Source: Candidatus Omnitrophota bacterium (GTDB lineage: Bacteria; Omnitrophota; Gorgyraeia; Zapsychrales; Zapsychraceae). Taken from it: a stretch of 64,000 nt of DNA. The notes under the pieces are model-generated. The model was not told where the DNA came from and did not search any database. It saw only the letters and a program-made list of their open reading frames with translations. Below, piece after piece: positions 29,058 to 37,694 of this stretch (position 1 is its first letter; every line of letters begins with the position of its first letter). Both the position numbers and the translations under genes were made by a program. The DNA is taken from the NCBI GenBank assembly GCA_015233195.1, contig JADFYE010000001.1, positions 83,583 to 147,582 of the forward strand. Direction: 5' to 3'.

Positions 29058-29230
29058 GCAAATTTTTGGCTAAAGTCTTAAGTATTTAGCGGAACGCTGG
29101 TTAGTCCCTGCGAGCCTAACTGTGCTCGAAGATAATTCTCGCTCTCGTACGATAAAACTGTACGAGCCGTGCCCGCTCGAATTATCTAACGTCCGCTTAA
29201 ATACTTGCGACTTTTCTTTAAAAAATTTGC
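29058..29230 (+). repeat. copy 1 of a ~175-nt structured intergenic element (candidate ncRNA or MITE)
   Basis: A second copy lies at 51085-51260. Terminal inverted repeats are GCAAATTTTT/AAAAATTTGC. Internal hairpins show compensatory differences between the copies. Confidence 0.8.
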
Positions 29231-29270
29231 TTATATAGCTCTAATTGTTGTCTTTTGAAAAGGATTAGAA

Positions 29271-30458
29271 ATGTTTTCGAATAGAACAAATTGGAATTTG
29301 GAATCAAATGATATTTCGCTTAAGATCAACGATCTTAAAAAACGGGGTAAAATATTTTTTGATTTAACTGTGTCTAATCCGACGCAATGCCATTTTGATT
29401 TTCCAAGTGAAGAAATAATTAGGGCGCTAACTTCGCAGCGAAATTTAATATATGAACCAGCCTCTCAGGGATTAATTGATGCTCGTAAAGTAGTCCAACA
29501 ATATTATGCTTCTCGAGGGTTTGATATACCTTTAAACCGGATATTTTTAACTGCCAGCACCTCAGAGGGGTATTCATTTTTATTTCGGCTTTTGGGAAAT
29601 CCGAATGAAGTAGTATTGTTTCCTGAGCCGAGCTACCCATTATTCCAATTTTTGGTGGATATAAATGACCTTAAAATGCAAACCTATAAATTGAATTATA
29701 ATGGGCAGAGATGGTCGGTGTCGGCTTCAAACATGTTTACAGTTGAAGCCGAAAAAATTTCAGCTATTGTTTTAGTTAATCCGAATAATCCGACCGGGTC
29801 TTTGATAAATGAAGATGATCTTGAAGTTGTCAATCGCATGGCTTCACAAAAACAAGCAGCAATTATTTCGGATGAAGTATTTTTAGATTATTTATTCGAC
29901 GGAAGAATGGATTATCCTAGTTTGGCAGGGAATAAAACTAATTTGACTTTTGTGTTAGGCGGGGTATCTAAAGCTTTGGCTATGCCGCAGATGAAATTAT
30001 CTTGGATCATTATTAATGGTCCTGATGCTTTGGTAAATGAAGCTATTGCTCGTCTTGATGTAATAGCTGACACATATCTTTCAGTTAATGCTCCTGCGCA
30101 AAACGCTTTAGCAATGTGGATGGGATTTCAAAAAAATATTAGAGATGAGGTAATGAAACGGTTGGAGTCCAATCGTAAATATTTGCAGGAAAAAGCGGTT
30201 AATGGCTCAGGATTAACATTGTTAAACAGCGACGGTGGTTGGTATGCAGTGTGTAAGGTCACAAGTGCTGAAGGCGCGAGCGATATTGAAGAAACTGATT
30301 TGGTTCTGCAGCTTTTAGAGAATAAAGGTGTGTTTGTACACCCCGGATTCTTTTTTGATTTTCAAGATTCTCCTTATATTGTAGTAAGTCTCCTTACCCC
30401 GCAGACCATTTTCATGCAGGGCATCGATAGAATTATTGATTATTTACGAAATTTGTAG
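29271..30458 (+). CDS. PLP-dependent aminotransferase, class I/II
   Basis: 'NPNNPTG' is present, and 'GVSKALAMPQMKLSW' carries the PLP-lysine region. Confidence 0.8.
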   Translation: MFSNRTNWNLESNDISLKINDLKKRGKIFFDLTVSNPTQCHFDFPSEEIIRALTSQRNLIYEPASQGLIDARKVVQQYYASRGFDIPLNRIFLTASTSEGYSFLFRLLGNPNEVVLFPEPSYPLFQFLVDINDLKMQTYKLNYNGQRWSVSASNMFTVEAEKISAIVLVNPNNPTGSLINEDDLEVVNRMASQKQAAIISDEVFLDYLFDGRMDYPSLAGNKTNLTFVLGGVSKALAMPQMKLSWIIINGPDALVNEAIARLDVIADTYLSVNAPAQNALAMWMGFQKNIRDEVMKRLESNRKYLQEKAVNGSGLTLLNSDGGWYAVCKVTSAEGASDIEETDLVLQLLENKGVFVHPGFFFDFQDSPYIVVSLLTPQTIFMQGIDRIIDYLRNL

Positions 30459-30561
30459 GGACAAGGTTTCCACCTCTTTTTTAAATCTTAACCAGGTTGG
30501 CATTCTTATAATTTATAGTATATATTTTAAGTCTAATAGATTAATCCATAAGATTTAAAAT

Positions 30562-33500
30562 ATGATACTGAATATTATTCCCAAATTTATTTTACGCAGG
30601 ATAATTGCGGCGATTGTTTTGACTGCATTCGTAGCCACGAGTGTAATTTCTCCTGCAGTCGCGCAAACAGCTTTGAGCTTACCAGCCGCAGGTTCACAGA
30701 TTAGTTTAAGCCCAGCATTTACCCCAACGTTACTTACCGGGGTGAAAATATTCCCTGAAAATCCGTTTAAGTTGGAATTTATTTTAAATAAAAGCCCTGA
30801 ACCACGTGGGGTTCAGGGTGCGCCCTTTGAACCGGGTCTGGTTCAGGGTGATAATAATGATCCCCTCTCCAGCCTCCGGGGAGAGGGTCAGGGTGAGGGG
30901 AAACAGGAAGATATAAAAAAAGAAGCCAATCGTTTAATCAAATATTTTTTAGCTTCTGTAACTGTCCCGGAAAAAGACCTTTGGGTAAACCTTTCGCCTG
31001 TTGAAAAAAATTGCATCACAACTGAAGCATTTGGTCAGACCGAAATGGGTCGCGATTTGCTGGCGCAAGACTATATTCTCAAACAAATCACTGCATCATT
31101 GCTTAATCCTGACAATGAAACCGGTCGGAAGTTTTGGGAATCGATATATTCGAAAGTATACCTTCCCCCCAACAAGAATACTGGGGTGGGGAAGGGCAGG
31201 GTAGGGGGGCAAGACTTTGATATCTCAACAGATATCTTGAGCAAAGTCTGGATCGTCCCTGCAAAAGCGGTGGTGTATGAGGGGAAAGATAGCGCGTACG
31301 TAGTGGAATCAAAATTAAAAGTGCTTTTGGAAGAAGACTACAATGTCATTCTGAGGAACGAAGTGACGAAGAATCTAAAAAAAGATCCTTCCCCTTCGCA
31401 AACTCAGGGTCAGGATGACGCAAAGTTAAATATGCAATTAATGCGTCAAATCATCATCCCTGCCCTAGAGCGCGAAGTTAACGAAGGCAAGAATTTCGCT
31501 CAGCTTCGACAGATTTACAACTCTCTCATCCTCGCCACATGGTACAAAGATAAAGTAAAATCAAGCATATTTGGCAAAGCCTACATTGACCAAAAGAAAA
31601 CCGGCGGCATCAACATCTCCGATAAAAACGAAAAAGAAAAAATTTGGGCGCAGTACGTTGAGATATTTAAAAAAGGCGCGTACAACAATATCAAAGAAGA
31701 ATATGACCCTGCCACGCAGCAGATCATAGCAAAAAAATATTTCTCCGGCGGAGCAGGACTGAATGAAATCAAAGAAAATGGCGCTTATAGCAAGACAACG
31801 GATAAAGCTAAGCAACCTAAAGGTATTTTGGACAGCGCGATGGTTGTTAAGGTTACGCTCGATCCTGCTATGAAATCCGAAGACGCTGCTATGCCAGCTG
31901 ACAAGATCATTCCTATGACCTGGCAGCAGGCTGTTGAAGAATTACGGAAAGTTCCTGTTGTGCGGTCAACAGCGAAAAAGTGGATCGCGGTCATGGCATT
32001 TAATAATAAAGGGGAAGTATTGTTACGGCATAAAGTACTAGATGATTCCAATTTAAATGATTGGATGCATAAAGACCTTATTACAGATCCAGAATTTCAA
32101 CGTAAAAATGAAGTTAGCGTTGATTGGGTTTCGGTTGTGTTCGATTATAAGAATGGGAAAGTGGGAGATATTATTATTGATGCACCAGCTTTGTCAAATC
32201 AAAGGCAAGGACATACAGATGGAATATTGAAATTCAAAGGTCTTTTGCGCGACGAGTTACCGCAAAATTGGCAGATACAGCCTGGACGGGATCATATTCA
32301 GCGATATAAAGTCATGTTAAAAAATGATGTGATCCGTGCGGCGCGTCTTATGTGTGATGCTTGGCAGCCTATTGATCCGCTTATTGGAGAAACAAATACC
32401 AAAGCTTTATATGATGTAAACCTTGGGGAACAAGAAAGGTCATTAAAACAAATCGCAGCAGAATCATTGACAGAGGATTTTGCGATGCTGGCAGACGCGG
32501 AAACATTGGAAATTTCTTCTGGTCAGGATTTAGGGTGGGAATTACAAAAATTTCTTAAAATAAATCCGAATTTAATCTTAGAGAATAAGCGGCAGGGGCT
32601 TAAATATAAAATTCAGCGACGATTAGGAGACGCGGAGCATCTTGGAGTTTATCAAGCTTTACGATTTTCTGAACAAGAACCACAAGGTAAGATGGTAGCT
32701 TTAAAAATATATCACGCGCCGTTTATGTATTATGTTGAGATTCAGGAAATAGCCGACTTTTTTAAAGCCATTAAAGACGATCCGCAAGCAATTGAGTTTT
32801 TTGCAAAACCAACAGAAAAATTAGCAGTCAGTATGGCGCAATGGGAAAATTATCATTTGCTGGATATGGATTTTGTAGAGGGCACACCTTTAAGTCATAT
32901 TACTGATAAAGAAAAAAGGCTTAAAATAATTTTAGATTTTATTGAGAAGTTAGCGCACATTCATAGAACATATAAAGCATTTCATGGAGATTTAAATGAA
33001 AATAATGTTATGGTTCATCCTGATGGTAGTCCGGTAGTTATAGATTGGGATTTTTTAAGAATTGCAGATGACCGGGACAGCATCGAGCAGATTAAGTTTT
33101 CAATGAAGTATAAAGATATTTTTTCTGTTGGTTCTATGCTTTTACAGACTTTTGTACCGTCAGCAGAAGTGTTGGAATCTCCAAATGTGTTTACTGGTGA
33201 TCTTTGGCAGACTGATGTTGACATCAGCGCAACAACCCCAACTGAAATAAAAGGAGCTGACGGTATTGTGCCCGAAGGAATATTAAAAATAATCAAAAAA
33301 GCCATGTTGTGTACGCCGAGTGATCATTATGAATCACTGGATCAATTATTGAATGATTTAAGAAATGAGCTAGGTGTAGCGAAGAATACTTATAGTAATG
33401 GCACCAGTCCAATATTTACTAATAAACAACAAATAATAGATTTCTTACAGCAGTTTCCTTTTGCAGAGGGGCATGTACATTTTGGAAGTTCAGTTCCGGA

Positions 33501-36057
33501 GGATACTTTGTGGGAATTGGCGCTTGAAAGGACTGAATTAGATTGGACGGATATAAATCAGGAATTAAATCGAGTCTTTGGTGTAACAGTTGATATTAAA
33601 GATATTTTAGATGAGGCACGTCGAGAATATGCTGTAGGTAAAGGTGAATTGATTAATATAGAAAAAATAAATAAGTTAAAGACTGAATTTTTAAGTTATT
33701 TTACATTGAAAATAACTGATAAAGTTGATTTGAGAAAATTTAGCACACTTTATGACATTTTAGGAACTTTAACGCGAGGGCCATCTGCGTTGGTTGAAAG
33801 AATATCAAAACAGATTGCGTTAAAAAATTATGTAAATGGAGTAAAAGTTTTAATTCAAAGAGCTACTTTGCCTAAAGGACATAATGAAATAGATGTGTAT
33901 TTTAAAACGCGGGATAAATTATACGCGATCAAGCGGGGTTTTGAAAGCGCTGAACAAGAGGTTAATTCAAAATTAAAAAGTGGTGAGGTTGGTCTTCAAA
34001 CTAAATTGGTAGTTACTATTGGAAGATCATCGAATGTAGATGTGCTGCTTATGCAAACTAAGGCTTTATTACGGGTATTGGCAGATTATAAAGATTTACG
34101 AGAGTTTGTAGTTGGATTTGATGTGGCAGGAGAAGAAAGTTTAAAATCGCCGACTGAATTGATTCCGGTGTTTGATTTGATCGATCAATATAATCATCAA
34201 AGGCAATTGAAACAAGAAGAGGTTTTAGCCATAACTTATCACGTAGGAGAAGACTTTAAGCATGTTTCAGTTGAGAGCAGTATTCGTAACGCGGATGAAG
34301 TTATTGAATTGGGAACGCGTGGGATCGGTCATGGTTTGGTGCTGGGACTTGATCCTCAAAGATTTTTGGGCAAAACTAAAAAAGAACACATTAGTGAACG
34401 GCTTACTCAAATATATTATGATCTTAAGAATAAAAAGTTTTTCAAGAAAGAATTAGCTGCTGTTGGTTTGGTTATTGATGAAACTGTACTTTGGGAGGAG
34501 CTGAAAGCATTTCCAGATGAAAATGAATACATTAAAAAACAAATTTTGCCGCTGATGGAGAAAATTTTAACGGCATCAGCGCTGGATATAAAGTCTGAAA
34601 AGAAACTTTATGCTCGGTTGAATAAAATGAAACAATTATTTAGGCACAAAACTGTTTCAACGTTATATGAAACGCAGGAGAGCATTAAAGTGTTAAGACA
34701 AAGGCAAAGGTTTGTTTTAAATAAAGCGATTGAAAGACAGGTGATTATAGAAGTTAATCCATCGGTTAATGTTCTTATCGGTCCAATTGAGGAATATAGA
34801 GAGCATCCTCTACCTAATTTGCTTAGATATGAATATACTGGAGCCAAGGCGGAATTTAAAGGCCAGCGGCCGCTGGTATCGATTAATACGGATAATCAAA
34901 CAATTTTGGGTATAGATTTGATTCATGAATATCTGCAAATGATATTAACATTTGGTTTGACGCATGACGACGTGAAACAAATCATTTTAAACGGAATTAA
35001 ATATAGATTAGGTGGGTTTCCATTAAAGTATGCTGAACAAATCCGTGCAGTATTTGAGGCTATGGGGGTGAGTGTAGATATTGATCAGGCTATGGCAGTA
35101 AAAAGCAGACCAGGTCAATATGCCAATTTTACTGATTTTTCAAAGCGCGCGATTTTAGGTCCTCTCCCAGACGGGAAAGGTAGTAGCATTACGGCTCAGG
35201 AGATTATTGAAAGAGAGTTGCCGGCAGCTTTATATACGGTTAAAAATTTGATTCGTCTGAGAATATGGATGGATGAGAATGGATATGCCGATCGACCGGT
35301 TGTTATTTGGCAGAATTTAAGTTTGGGGGAATATTATCCTTATTTTACTGAGGATATTAAGCGTCACATGGGCGTAGTTGATTATCTTGAAGAAGGTATT
35401 ACGAAAAAAAATATTATGCGATTAAAGAATGCCAGGTTTATTTTGATTAAAGCCAAAATGAGTTCAGAATTCGCTAACATTAGTGAGGAGTATGAAAAGT
35501 TTATGTATTTATCGTCTAGAATCAAAGCTCCGATAGTGATGATTGACCACAGTAATGGTATTTTTTCAAAAGCGCAAATACAAATTAAATTAAACGAGGA
35601 GAGCGCGAAGCGTGAGGTATTGTCTTTGGGCGTTAAGGATGATAAGGATTTAGATAAGTATGCAAGTTTATTTAGGCAAGAAAATTTGTTTGTTTTATTA
35701 AATCCGAATTTAAAACCAATTGCTCGTGACGGGATATCATCGTTTGATGATCCAGGCGGTAACTTAGTTTCAGAAGTTACGATTAATAGCGAAAGAATGA
35801 AAGCTTTAAAGGCATTGAAAGTGTTATTAGGATATGCTGTAGAAAATAACTTGAAATTAAATGACACAGACGAAAAGGGCGGGATTGATTTAACTCGCGA
35901 TAAAATGAATATCGAGGTTAAAGGGGCACAGGATAGTGTTAAATTTAAAGTGGATCAAGCCATGTTGCAACAATTGCAAAATTCTTCAGGTTTAATGCCA
36001 GTAGTGGTTGATGTCCATCCGCTTACAACGACGATTGAAGTTTATTTGAATAATTAA
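30562..36057 (+). CDS. giant exported mosaic protein: signal peptide + conserved N module + kinase-like domain + adenosine/AMP-deaminase-like domain + conserved C-terminal 'GGIDL' module
   Basis: Uninterrupted 1,831-codon ORF. The signal reads 'RRIIAAIVLTAFVATSVISPAVAQT'. Kinase motifs are 'VALK' (K715) and 'HGDLNENN' (H808-D810, nt 32983), followed by 'VIDWD'. Deaminase motifs are 'GHVHFGSS' (H971/H973, nt 33472), 'YHVGED' (H1227/E1230, nt 34240), 'GIGHG' (H1257, nt 34330) and 'SINTDNQ' (D1444, nt 34891). Confidence 0.85.
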   Translation: MILNIIPKFILRRIIAAIVLTAFVATSVISPAVAQTALSLPAAGSQISLSPAFTPTLLTGVKIFPENPFKLEFILNKSPEPRGVQGAPFEPGLVQGDNNDPLSSLRGEGQGEGKQEDIKKEANRLIKYFLASVTVPEKDLWVNLSPVEKNCITTEAFGQTEMGRDLLAQDYILKQITASLLNPDNETGRKFWESIYSKVYLPPNKNTGVGKGRVGGQDFDISTDILSKVWIVPAKAVVYEGKDSAYVVESKLKVLLEEDYNVILRNEVTKNLKKDPSPSQTQGQDDAKLNMQLMRQIIIPALEREVNEGKNFAQLRQIYNSLILATWYKDKVKSSIFGKAYIDQKKTGGINISDKNEKEKIWAQYVEIFKKGAYNNIKEEYDPATQQIIAKKYFSGGAGLNEIKENGAYSKTTDKAKQPKGILDSAMVVKVTLDPAMKSEDAAMPADKIIPMTWQQAVEELRKVPVVRSTAKKWIAVMAFNNKGEVLLRHKVLDDSNLNDWMHKDLITDPEFQRKNEVSVDWVSVVFDYKNGKVGDIIIDAPALSNQRQGHTDGILKFKGLLRDELPQNWQIQPGRDHIQRYKVMLKNDVIRAARLMCDAWQPIDPLIGETNTKALYDVNLGEQERSLKQIAAESLTEDFAMLADAETLEISSGQDLGWELQKFLKINPNLILENKRQGLKYKIQRRLGDAEHLGVYQALRFSEQEPQGKMVALKIYHAPFMYYVEIQEIADFFKAIKDDPQAIEFFAKPTEKLAVSMAQWENYHLLDMDFVEGTPLSHITDKEKRLKIILDFIEKLAHIHRTYKAFHGDLNENNVMVHPDGSPVVIDWDFLRIADDRDSIEQIKFSMKYKDIFSVGSMLLQTFVPSAEVLESPNVFTGDLWQTDVDISATTPTEIKGADGIVPEGILKIIKKAMLCTPSDHYESLDQLLNDLRNELGVAKNTYSNGTSPIFTNKQQIIDFLQQFPFAEGHVHFGSSVPEDTLWELALERTELDWTDINQELNRVFGVTVDIKDILDEARREYAVGKGELINIEKINKLKTEFLSYFTLKITDKVDLRKFSTLYDILGTLTRGPSALVERISKQIALKNYVNGVKVLIQRATLPKGHNEIDVYFKTRDKLYAIKRGFESAEQEVNSKLKSGEVGLQTKLVVTIGRSSNVDVLLMQTKALLRVLADYKDLREFVVGFDVAGEESLKSPTELIPVFDLIDQYNHQRQLKQEEVLAITYHVGEDFKHVSVESSIRNADEVIELGTRGIGHGLVLGLDPQRFLGKTKKEHISERLTQIYYDLKNKKFFKKELAAVGLVIDETVLWEELKAFPDENEYIKKQILPLMEKILTASALDIKSEKKLYARLNKMKQLFRHKTVSTLYETQESIKVLRQRQRFVLNKAIERQVIIEVNPSVNVLIGPIEEYREHPLPNLLRYEYTGAKAEFKGQRPLVSINTDNQTILGIDLIHEYLQMILTFGLTHDDVKQIILNGIKYRLGGFPLKYAEQIRAVFEAMGVSVDIDQAMAVKSRPGQYANFTDFSKRAILGPLPDGKGSSITAQEIIERELPAALYTVKNLIRLRIWMDENGYADRPVVIWQNLSLGEYYPYFTEDIKRHMGVVDYLEEGITKKNIMRLKNARFILIKAKMSSEFANISEEYEKFMYLSSRIKAPIVMIDHSNGIFSKAQIQIKLNEESAKREVLSLGVKDDKDLDKYASLFRQENLFVLLNPNLKPIARDGISSFDDPGGNLVSEVTINSERMKALKALKVLLGYAVENNLKLNDTDEKGGIDLTRDKMNIEVKGAQDSVKFKVDQAMLQQLQNSSGLMPVVVDVHPLTTTIEVYLNN

Positions 36058-37676
36058 TTATTAAGTAAACTTTTCTGCACTAAAAGTTTTTTCTCACCTA
36101 TAGGGATCACTTTATATCCATATTTTTCCGGATCAGCTAGAAATTCGTGAAATTGGGTGTCAGCTCTGAATCGGGAATATTCGAGCAAAGGAGGGGACAC
36201 AACTATCATGTTGAGATTTTGTCTTTTTGAAAAATCCCAGTATTTCTCGTCTGGTTGTTTTGAGTATTCAGGATATGAGCAGTAGTTATTATCAAGGTAA
36301 ATATTTAAACTGCCTTCAGCTTCTAATAAATTGACGGGCGCTTTAATATGTAAATCATCTATAGCGCGGATAATTTGTTCAGTAGGTTTAGGAATACTTT
36401 TAGTTTTATTATAAAAAAAGAAACAGCTGGGCGTAATGATAAATAAGATTAATGCTGGAATCATAATTTGTTTTAGGGAATGATTTTTAGTGCTTTCTTT
36501 TGGGTTTAATAAAATGCATAAAAGCAGGATTAACATTATCCCGGTGAATAATATGTAGTGCGTGCGGGGAAAGATAACTAATACAGATATGAGTGAAGTT
36601 AACAGATAAATTGAAATGAAAAAAATTGGACGTAAATTAGTTTTGAAGTTTTGTTTTATTGGGATTTGTTTGTTTTTTAATAAGACAAATAAATATAGAA
36701 AAATTGCTGATATTAACATATATGCTTCCGCGTAAATATAAACTAGCGGCGGCAGTAGAATGTTGGTGTGCAGCATAAAGCATTTGAACATTTGGTTGCA
36801 AGTGCGAGGGATATTCGCGAGCACGTGTTTTATAAATAGTATTGGGTTGTTTAACAGCGCTTCTTTTACAGTGGTAGCTGTTCCAAAATTTATTTGCATT
36901 ATTTCATTCCAATTAGTCATGGGGTTCAGCGTTGAATGGGTCCATCTGACCCAGTTGACACCAAAAGAAGGACCAAAGGCACAAAACCCGCGGTCTCCGT
37001 TTTGGAAATGGAATGGCATACCACGGAATATTTTAATGGCACATAGGGAAGTAATAATTACCGCACCGAGAATAATATAGTCTTTTATTTTTAAATTTTT
37101 TATTTTAAACAGAAAGGATAACAGGTAAATACCGAAGAAAATTAAAAAAGTTAAAAATAATTCTGGTCGGATGTATGCGCCTACCAGCGCTCCGATAGTT
37201 GCTATTGCTATACTTGAAGTGAAGGTTTTAGGTTTTTGCGCAAGTGCTAGGGATATTAGTATGCTGATAGTAGCAAAATGATAAACTTTAGTGAACACGT
37301 CGAGATTTACTTTGGCTATAAGCATAAAAAATGTAATGATGGCTGAATTTAAAATAGGGATTTTGTAAGCGCGAAGGGTTACATACAGAATTAAGGGCAA
37401 TAAAATGGTTAGTATTTGCTGGTTTAAATAATATAACGCAAATTTTTGGGGTGTTATTAAAGATAATAAAAAATACCAGATCGAATATATAGGACCTACT
37501 TGAGCTCCGGTTATGCCGGATTTAAGAAAATTTACACCGCCGGATAAATATGAGCTTTCATCGAACAGGGTGATATCCATAAAGTTTGGCATGCCATAAG
37601 TGAATTTTAAGGCGCATAAAAATAACGCGAAAAACATTATCAGGTCAAAATGGGCAGATAAAAATTTTTTAAACAT
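36054..37676 (-). CDS. polytopic membrane protein, probable GT-C-type glycosyltransferase with C-terminal soluble domain
   Basis: At least 10 TM helices. The first extracytoplasmic loop contains 'LFDESSY', an acidic motif like those of PMT/ArnT-type enzymes. It lies immediately downstream, on the minus strand, of a polyprenyl-phosphate-GT-like GT2 gene. Confidence 0.5.
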   Translation of the reverse strand: MFKKFLSAHFDLIMFFALFLCALKFTYGMPNFMDITLFDESSYLSGGVNFLKSGITGAQVGPIYSIWYFLLSLITPQKFALYYLNQQILTILLPLILYVTLRAYKIPILNSAIITFFMLIAKVNLDVFTKVYHFATISILISLALAQKPKTFTSSIAIATIGALVGAYIRPELFLTFLIFFGIYLLSFLFKIKNLKIKDYIILGAVIITSLCAIKIFRGMPFHFQNGDRGFCAFGPSFGVNWVRWTHSTLNPMTNWNEIMQINFGTATTVKEALLNNPILFIKHVLANIPRTCNQMFKCFMLHTNILLPPLVYIYAEAYMLISAIFLYLFVLLKNKQIPIKQNFKTNLRPIFFISIYLLTSLISVLVIFPRTHYILFTGIMLILLLCILLNPKESTKNHSLKQIMIPALILFIITPSCFFFYNKTKSIPKPTEQIIRAIDDLHIKAPVNLLEAEGSLNIYLDNNYCSYPEYSKQPDEKYWDFSKRQNLNMIVVSPPLLEYSRFRADTQFHEFLADPEKYGYKVIPIGEKKLLVQKSLLNN

Positions 37677-37694
37677 GGGTATTTCTCCGGAATA

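Noticed and set aside
30462-30471. A 10-nt inverted match (CAAGGTTTCC at 30462-30471 versus GGAAACCTTG at 43156-43165) flanking the whole 12.7-kb accessory block. This could be read as island terminal inverted repeats.
   Set aside because: It is short and imperfect beyond 10 nt, and I found it post hoc. No integrase or transposase and no target-site duplication were seen. Chance cannot be excluded without a genome-wide test.
30862-31209. Whether the recurring GC-rich hairpin units (also at 51316-51357, 41319-41338, 23621-23680 and 21982-22013) constitute a CRISPR array.
   Set aside because: There is no regular repeat-spacer periodicity. The units are different sequences, scattered kilobases apart, and partly inside coding regions. 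No cas genes are present in the window.
30562-36057. Assigning the kinase-deaminase protein to a known anti-phage system (RADAR RdrB-like or CRISPR-associated Cad1-like ATP deaminase).
   Set aside because: No RdrA-type ATPase, CARF/SAVED sensor or CRISPR-Cas genes are nearby. The protein also has an N-terminal export signal, which cytoplasmic defence deaminases lack. The resemblance is limited to the shared ADA fold.
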